DNA of 13,073 bases from a virus. Lineage: Duplodnaviria; Heunggongvirae; Uroviricota; Caudoviricetes. Location: IMG/VR virus record IMGVR_UViG_2695420863_000001, one strand, 5' to 3'. Shown one piece after another: positions 8,258 to 13,073 of this stretch (positions are counted from its first letter, which is position 1; each line of letters opens with the position of its first letter). The notes below the pieces were generated by a model. It searched no databases. It was given only the letters and a program-made list of their open reading frames with translations, and was not told where the DNA came from. A program made the translations under genes and the position numbers.

Positions 8258-10116
8258 TGGCGATGGCGCGCCAGTTCCGTAACGTGACGGCAGAGCAGAT
8301 TGCGTATGTTGCACAGCTGCAGCGTTCCGGAGACGAGGCCGGGGCATTGCAGGCGGCGAACGATATCGCCACGAAAGGCTTTGATGAGCAGACCCGTCGC
8401 CTGAAAGAAAACATGGGAACACTGGAGACCTGGGCGGATAAAACAGGGAAGGCATTCAAATCGATGTGGGATGCCATTCTGGATATCGGTCGTCCTGAAT
8501 CCTCAGCGGATATGCTCGCCAGTGCGCAGAAGGCATTTGATGAGGCGGATAAAAAATGGCAGTGGTACCAGAGCCGGAGCCAGCGCCGGGGAAAGACCTC
8601 CTCTTTTCGTGCGAACCTTCAGGGGGCATGGGATGACAGGGAAAATGCCCGTCTGGGTCTGGCAGCGGCCACGCTGCAGTCGGATATGGAAAAAGCCGGT
8701 GAACTGGCGGCAAGGGACCGGGCTGAGCGTGAGGCGTCACAGCTGAAGTATACCGGAGAGGCGCAGAAGGCGTATGAGCGCCTGCAGACGCCGCTGGATA
8801 AATATACCGCCCGTCAGAAAGAGCTGAATAAGGCCCTGAAAGACGGAAAAATCCTGCAGGCGGATTACAACACGCTGATGGCGTCGGCAAAAAAGGATTA
8901 TGAATCGACGCTGAAAAAGCCGTCCGGTGTGAAGGTGTCTGCCGGTGAGCGCCAGGAAGACCGGGCGCATGCAGCCATGCTGGCGCTTGAAACCGAGCTC
9001 AGGACGCTGGAAAAACACAGCGGTGTGAATGAGAAAATCAGCCAGCAGCGCCGGGATTTATGGGAAGCGGAAAATCAGTATGTGGTCCTGAAAGAGGCCG
9101 CCACGAAACGGCAGTTATCTGAGCAGGAAAAATCCCTGCTGGCTCATGAGAAAGAGACGCTGGAGTACAAACGCCAGCTGGCTGAGCTGGGAGACAAGAT
9201 TGAACACCAGAAGCGGCTGAATGAGCTGGCACAGCAGGCGGCGCGGTTTGAACAGCAGCAGAGCGCGAAGCAGGCGGCAATCAGCGCAAAAGCCCGCGGC
9301 CTCACTGACCGTCAGGCGCAGCGGGAGTCGGAAGAGCAGCGCCTTCGTGAGGTGTACGGTGATAATCCGGCTGCGCTGGCGAAGGCCACATCTGCACTGA
9401 AGAACACCTGGTCTGCGGAGGAGCAGCTTCGTGGAAGCTGGATGGCCGGGATGAAGTCCGGCTGGGGCGAGTGGGCGGAAAGTGCGACGGACAGTTTTTC
9501 GCAGGTTAAAAACGCGGCCACGCAGACCTTTGACGGTATTGCACAGAATATGGCAGCGATGCTGACCGGCAGCGAACAGAACTGGCGGGGATTCACCCGT
9601 TCGGTGCTCTCCATGCTGACAGAAATTCTGCTTAAGCAGGCAATGGTGGGGATTGTCGGGAGTATCGGCAGCGCCATTGGCGGGGCTGTTGGTGGCGGCG
9701 CATCCGCGTCAGGCGGTACAGCCATTCAGGCCGCTACGGCGAAATTCCATTTTGCAACCGGAGGATTTACGGGAACCGGCGGCAAATATGAGCCAGCGGG
9801 AATTGTTCACCGCGGTGAATTCGTCTTCACGAAGGAGGCAACCAGCCGGATTGGCGTGGGGAATCTCTACCGGCTGATGCGCGGCTATGCCACCGGCGGT
9901 TATGTCGGTACACCGGGCAGCATGGCGGACAGCCGGTCGCAGGCGTCCGGGACGTTTGAGCAGAATAACCATGTGGTGATTAACAACGACGGCACGAACG
10001 GTCAGATAGGGCCACAGGCACTGAAGGCTGTTTATGACGTAGCCCGTAAGGCGGCAATGGATGTTGTGACCGGGCAGATGCGCGATGGTGGTCTGTTCTC
10101 CGGAGGTGGACGATGA
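8240..10116 (+). pseudogene. H: Tape measure H, copy B: internal fragment from about H codon 233 (TDPTSGLTAMARQF) to the native C-terminus, out of frame with copy A. Diverged allele with a strongly divergent central block and small indels.
   Basis: ORF 8257..10116 translation parallels copy A from ARQFRNVTAEQIAYVAQLQRSGDEAGALQAAN... and ends with the lambda H C-terminus ...QMRDGGLFSGGGR; lacks the H N-terminus. Confidence 0.8.
9621..10116 (+). repeat. Direct repeat of the H 3' end; apparently identical to 11274..11769 (offset 1653 bp).
   Basis: Identical track ORFs 9653..9877 and 11306..11530; by-eye comparison of flanking bases. Confidence 0.8.
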
Positions 10117-10187
10117 AAACCTTCCGCTGGAAAGTGAAACCCGGTATGGATGTGGCTTCGGCCCCTTCTGTAAGAAAGGATGATTAA
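10113..10187 (+). pseudogene. M: M tail protein fragment: first 22 codons of M (MKTFRWKVKPGMDVASAPSVRK), then the junction into H copy C and a stop after 2 further codons.
   Basis: Bases 10113-10179 match the start of the intact M at 11766-11832; the ATG overlaps the copy-B stop exactly as in the intact H/M junction. Confidence 0.8.
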
Positions 10188-11388
10188 GGCAGAGGCTGCG
10201 TTTAAGAAAGCAGACGACATCTGGAATCTGCGCAAGGATGATTATTTTGTTAACGATGAAGCGCGGGCGCGTTACTGGGATGATCGTGAAAAGGCCCGTC
10301 TTGCGCTTGAAGCCGCCCGAAAGAAGGCTGAGCAGCAGACTCAACAGGACAAAAATGCGCAGCAGCAGAGCGATACCGAAGCGTCACGGCTGAAATATAC
10401 CGAAGAGGCGCAGAAGGCTTACGAACGGCTGCAGACACCGCTGGAGAAATATACCGCCCGTCAGGAAGAACTGAACAAGGCACTGAAAGACGGGAAAATC
10501 CTGCAGGCAGATTACAACACGCTGATGGCGGCGGCGAAAAAGGATTATGAAGCGACGCTGAAAAAGCCGAAACAGTCCGGCGTGAAAGTGTCTGCGGGCG
10601 ATCGTCAGGAAGACAGTGCTCATGCTGCCCTGCTGACGCTTCAGGCAGAACTCCGGACGCTGGAGAAGCATGCCGGAGCAAATGAGAAAATCAGCCAGCA
10701 GCGCCGGGATTTGTGGAAGGCGGAGAGTCAGTTCGCGGTACTGGAGGAGGCGGCGCAACGTCGCCAGCTGTCTGCACAGGAGAAATCCCTGCTGGCGCAT
10801 AAAGATGAGACGCTGGAGTACAAACGCCAGCTGGCTGCACTTGGCGACAAGGTTACGTATCAGGAGCGCCTGAACGCGCTGGCGCAGCAGGCGGATAAAT
10901 TCGCACAGCAGCAACGGGCAAAACGGGCCGCCATTGATGCGAAAAGCCGGGGGCTGACTGACCGGCAGGCAGAACGGGAAGCCACGGAACAGCGCCTGAA
11001 GGAACAGTATGGCGATAATCCGCTGGCGCTGAATAACATCATGTCAGAGCAGAAAAAGACCTGGGCGGCTGAAGACCAGCTTCGCGGGAACTGGATGGCA
11101 GGCCTGAAGTCCGGCTGGAGTGAGTGGGAAGAGAGCGCCACGGACAGTATGTCGCAGGTAAAAAGTGCAGCCACGCAGACCTTTGATGGTATTGCACAGA
11201 ATATGGCGGCGATGCTGACCGGCAGTGAGCAGAACTGGCGCAGCTTCACCCGTTCCGTGCTGTCCATGATGACAGAAATTCTGCTTAAGCAGGCAATGGT
11301 GGGGATTGTCGGGAGTATCGGCAGCGCCATTGGCGGGGCTGTTGGTGGCGGCGCATCCGCGTCAGGCGGTACAGCCATTCAGGCCGCT
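10181..11388 (+). repeat. Direct repeat, copy 2; near-identical to 6768..7975.
   Basis: As above. Confidence 0.85.
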
Positions 11389-11769
11389 ACGGCGAAATTC
11401 CATTTTGCAACCGGAGGATTTACGGGAACCGGCGGCAAATATGAGCCAGCGGGAATTGTTCACCGCGGTGAATTCGTCTTCACGAAGGAGGCAACCAGCC
11501 GGATTGGCGTGGGGAATCTCTACCGGCTGATGCGCGGCTATGCCACCGGCGGTTATGTCGGTACACCGGGCAGCATGGCGGACAGCCGGTCGCAGGCGTC
11601 CGGGACGTTTGAGCAGAATAACCATGTGGTGATTAACAACGACGGCACGAACGGTCAGATAGGGCCACAGGCACTGAAGGCTGTTTATGACGTAGCCCGT
11701 AAGGCGGCAATGGATGTTGTGACCGGGCAGATGCGCGATGGTGGTCTGTTCTCCGGAGGTGGACGATGA
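10181..11769 (+). pseudogene. H: Tape measure H, copy C: fragment from about H codon 324 (LIKAEAAFKKADD) to the native C-terminus. Copy-A-like in its 5' ~1.1 kb and copy-B-like in its last ~0.4 kb.
   Basis: ORF 10180..11769; reverse-strand ORFs in the track are identical between A and C at a constant offset of 3413 bp and between B and C at offset 1653 bp. Confidence 0.8.
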
Positions 11770-12095
11770 AAACCTTCCGCTGGAAAGTGAAACCCGGTAT
11801 GGATGTGGCTTCGGCCCCTTCTGTAAGAAAGGTGCGCTTTGGTGATGGTTATTTCCAGCGAGCGCCTGCCGGGCTGAATGCCAACCTGAAAACGTACAGC
11901 GTGACGCTTTCTGTCCCCCGTGAGGAGGCCACGGTACTGGAGTCGTTTCTGGCTGAGCACGGGGGCTGGAAAGCCTTTCTGTGGACGCCGCCTTATGAGT
12001 GGCGGCAGATAAAGGTGACCTGCGCAAAATGGTCGTCGCGGGTCAGTATGCTGCGTGTTGAGTTCAGCGCAGAGTTTGAACAGGTGGTTAACTGA
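11766..12095 (+). CDS. M: M tail tip assembly protein (intact); start overlaps H copy C stop.
   Basis: MKTFRWKVKPGMDVASAPSVRKVRFGDGYFQRAPAGLNANLKTYSVTLSVP... matches lambda gpM (109 aa). Confidence 0.92.
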   Translation: MKTFRWKVKPGMDVASAPSVRKVRFGDGYFQRAPAGLNANLKTYSVTLSVPREEATVLESFLAEHGGWKAFLWTPPYEWRQIKVTCAKWSSRVSMLRVEFSAEFEQVVN

Positions 12096-12793
12096 TGCAG
12101 GATATCCGGCAGGAAACACTGAATGAATGCACCCGTGCGGAGCAGTCGGCCAGCGTGGTGCTCTGGGAAATCGACCTGACAGAGGTCGGTGGAGAACGTT
12201 ATTTTTTCTGTAATCAGCAGAACGAAAAAGGTGAGCCGGTCACCTGGCAGGGGCGACAGTATCAGCCGTATCCCATTCAGGGGAGTGGTTTTGAACTGAA
12301 TGGCAAAGGCACCAGTACGCGCCCCACGCTGGCAGTCTCTAACCTGTACGGCATGGTCACCGGGATGGCGGAAGATCTGCAGAGTCTGGTCGGCGGAACG
12401 GTGGTCCGGCGTAAGGTTTATGCCCGTTTTCTGGATGCAGTGAACTTCGTCAACGGAAACAGCGACGCCGATCCGGAGCAGGAGGTGATCAGCCGCTGGC
12501 GCATCGAGCAGTGCAGCGAACTGAGCGCGGTGAGTGCCTCCTTTGTACTGTCCACGCCGACTGAAACGGATGGCGCTGTTTTTCCGGGTCGTATCATGCT
12601 GGCCAACACCTGCACCTGGACCTATCGCGGCGATGAGTGCGGTTATCACGGTCCGGCTGTCGCGGATGAATATGACCAGCCGACGTCCGATATCACGAAG
12701 GATAAATGCAGCAAATGCCTGAGTGGCTGTAAGTTCCGCAATAATGTCGGCAACTTTGGCGGCTTCCTTTCCATTAACAAACTTTCGCAGTAA
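12095..12793 (+). CDS. L: L tail tip assembly protein; start overlaps M stop (TGATG).
   Basis: MQDIRQETLNECTRAEQSASVVLWEIDLTEVGGERYFFCN... matches lambda gpL (232 aa). Confidence 0.92.
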   Translation: MQDIRQETLNECTRAEQSASVVLWEIDLTEVGGERYFFCNQQNEKGEPVTWQGRQYQPYPIQGSGFELNGKGTSTRPTLAVSNLYGMVTGMAEDLQSLVGGTVVRRKVYARFLDAVNFVNGNSDADPEQEVISRWRIEQCSELSAVSASFVLSTPTETDGAVFPGRIMLANTCTWTYRGDECGYHGPAVADEYDQPTSDITKDKCSKCLSGCKFRNNVGNFGGFLSINKLSQ

Positions 12794-12798
12794 ATCCC

Positions 12799-13073
12799 AT
12801 GACAGAGACAGAATCAGCGATTCTGGCGCACGCCCGGCGATGTGCGCCAGCGGAGTCGTGCGGCTTCGTGGTGAGAACGCCGGAAGGGGAAAGATATTTT
12901 CCCTGTGTGAATATCTCCGGTGAGCCGGAGGCGTATTTCCGTATGGCTCCGGAGGACTGGCTGCAGGCAGAGATGCAGGGTGAGATTGTGGCGCTGGTCC
13001 ACAGTCACCCCGGTGGTCTGCCCTGGCTGAGTGAGGCCGACCGGCGGCTGCAGGTGCAGAGTGATTTGCCGTG
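12799..13073 (+). CDS. K: K tail assembly protein, 3'-partial (runs off the window end).
   Basis: Translation from the ATG at 12799, MTETESAILAHARRCAPAESCGFVVRTPEGERYFPCVNISGEPEAYFRMAPEDW..., matches the lambda gpK N-terminus. Confidence 0.85.
   Translation, partial: MTETESAILAHARRCAPAESCGFVVRTPEGERYFPCVNISGEPEAYFRMAPEDWLQAEMQGEIVALVHSHPGGLPWLSEADRRLQVQSDLP

Noticed and set aside
8257-10116. Copy B (619-aa ORF) and copy C (529-aa ORF from 10180) as independent functional genes.
   Set aside because: Both begin at internal methionines of H, lack the N-terminal ~230-320 residues and have no RBS of their own; they are better explained as duplicated gene fragments.
5795-11769. Possibility that the repeated units form a CRISPR array or satellite repeat.
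   Set aside because: The repeat units are 0.5-1.5 kb of protein-coding tape-measure sequence with no short regular repeat-spacer periodicity; they are partial gene duplications.

Overview
This window is the morphogenesis region of a lambda-like (E. coli-type) prophage, and it is clearly defective and rearranged. It runs: the 3' part of nu1 (terminase small subunit); a ~1.15 kb AT-rich insert carrying a single minus-strand 301-aa gene; a 5'-truncated major capsid gene E; then FI, FII, Z, U, V, G/G-T, tape-measure gene H, M, L and the start of K. The insert sits exactly where the head module (A, W, B, C, Nu3, D and the first ~83 codons of E) should be. Its gene carries motifs I recognise as DUF2971-like (FYKY, FNDPFD, EREWR) and is the best candidate for an undescribed accessory or anti-phage function, though nothing in the sequence shows what it does. 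The second anomaly is H: it is present as three partial copies (one truncated by a frame-breaking junction, one a diverged allele, one a chimera of the other two), with a 22-codon M fragment embedded, so no intact H reading frame exists. Lambda gene identities come from my recollection of lambda protein sequences against the supplied ORF translations; coordinates and junctions were read from the sequence by eye, and no alignments or database searches were run.
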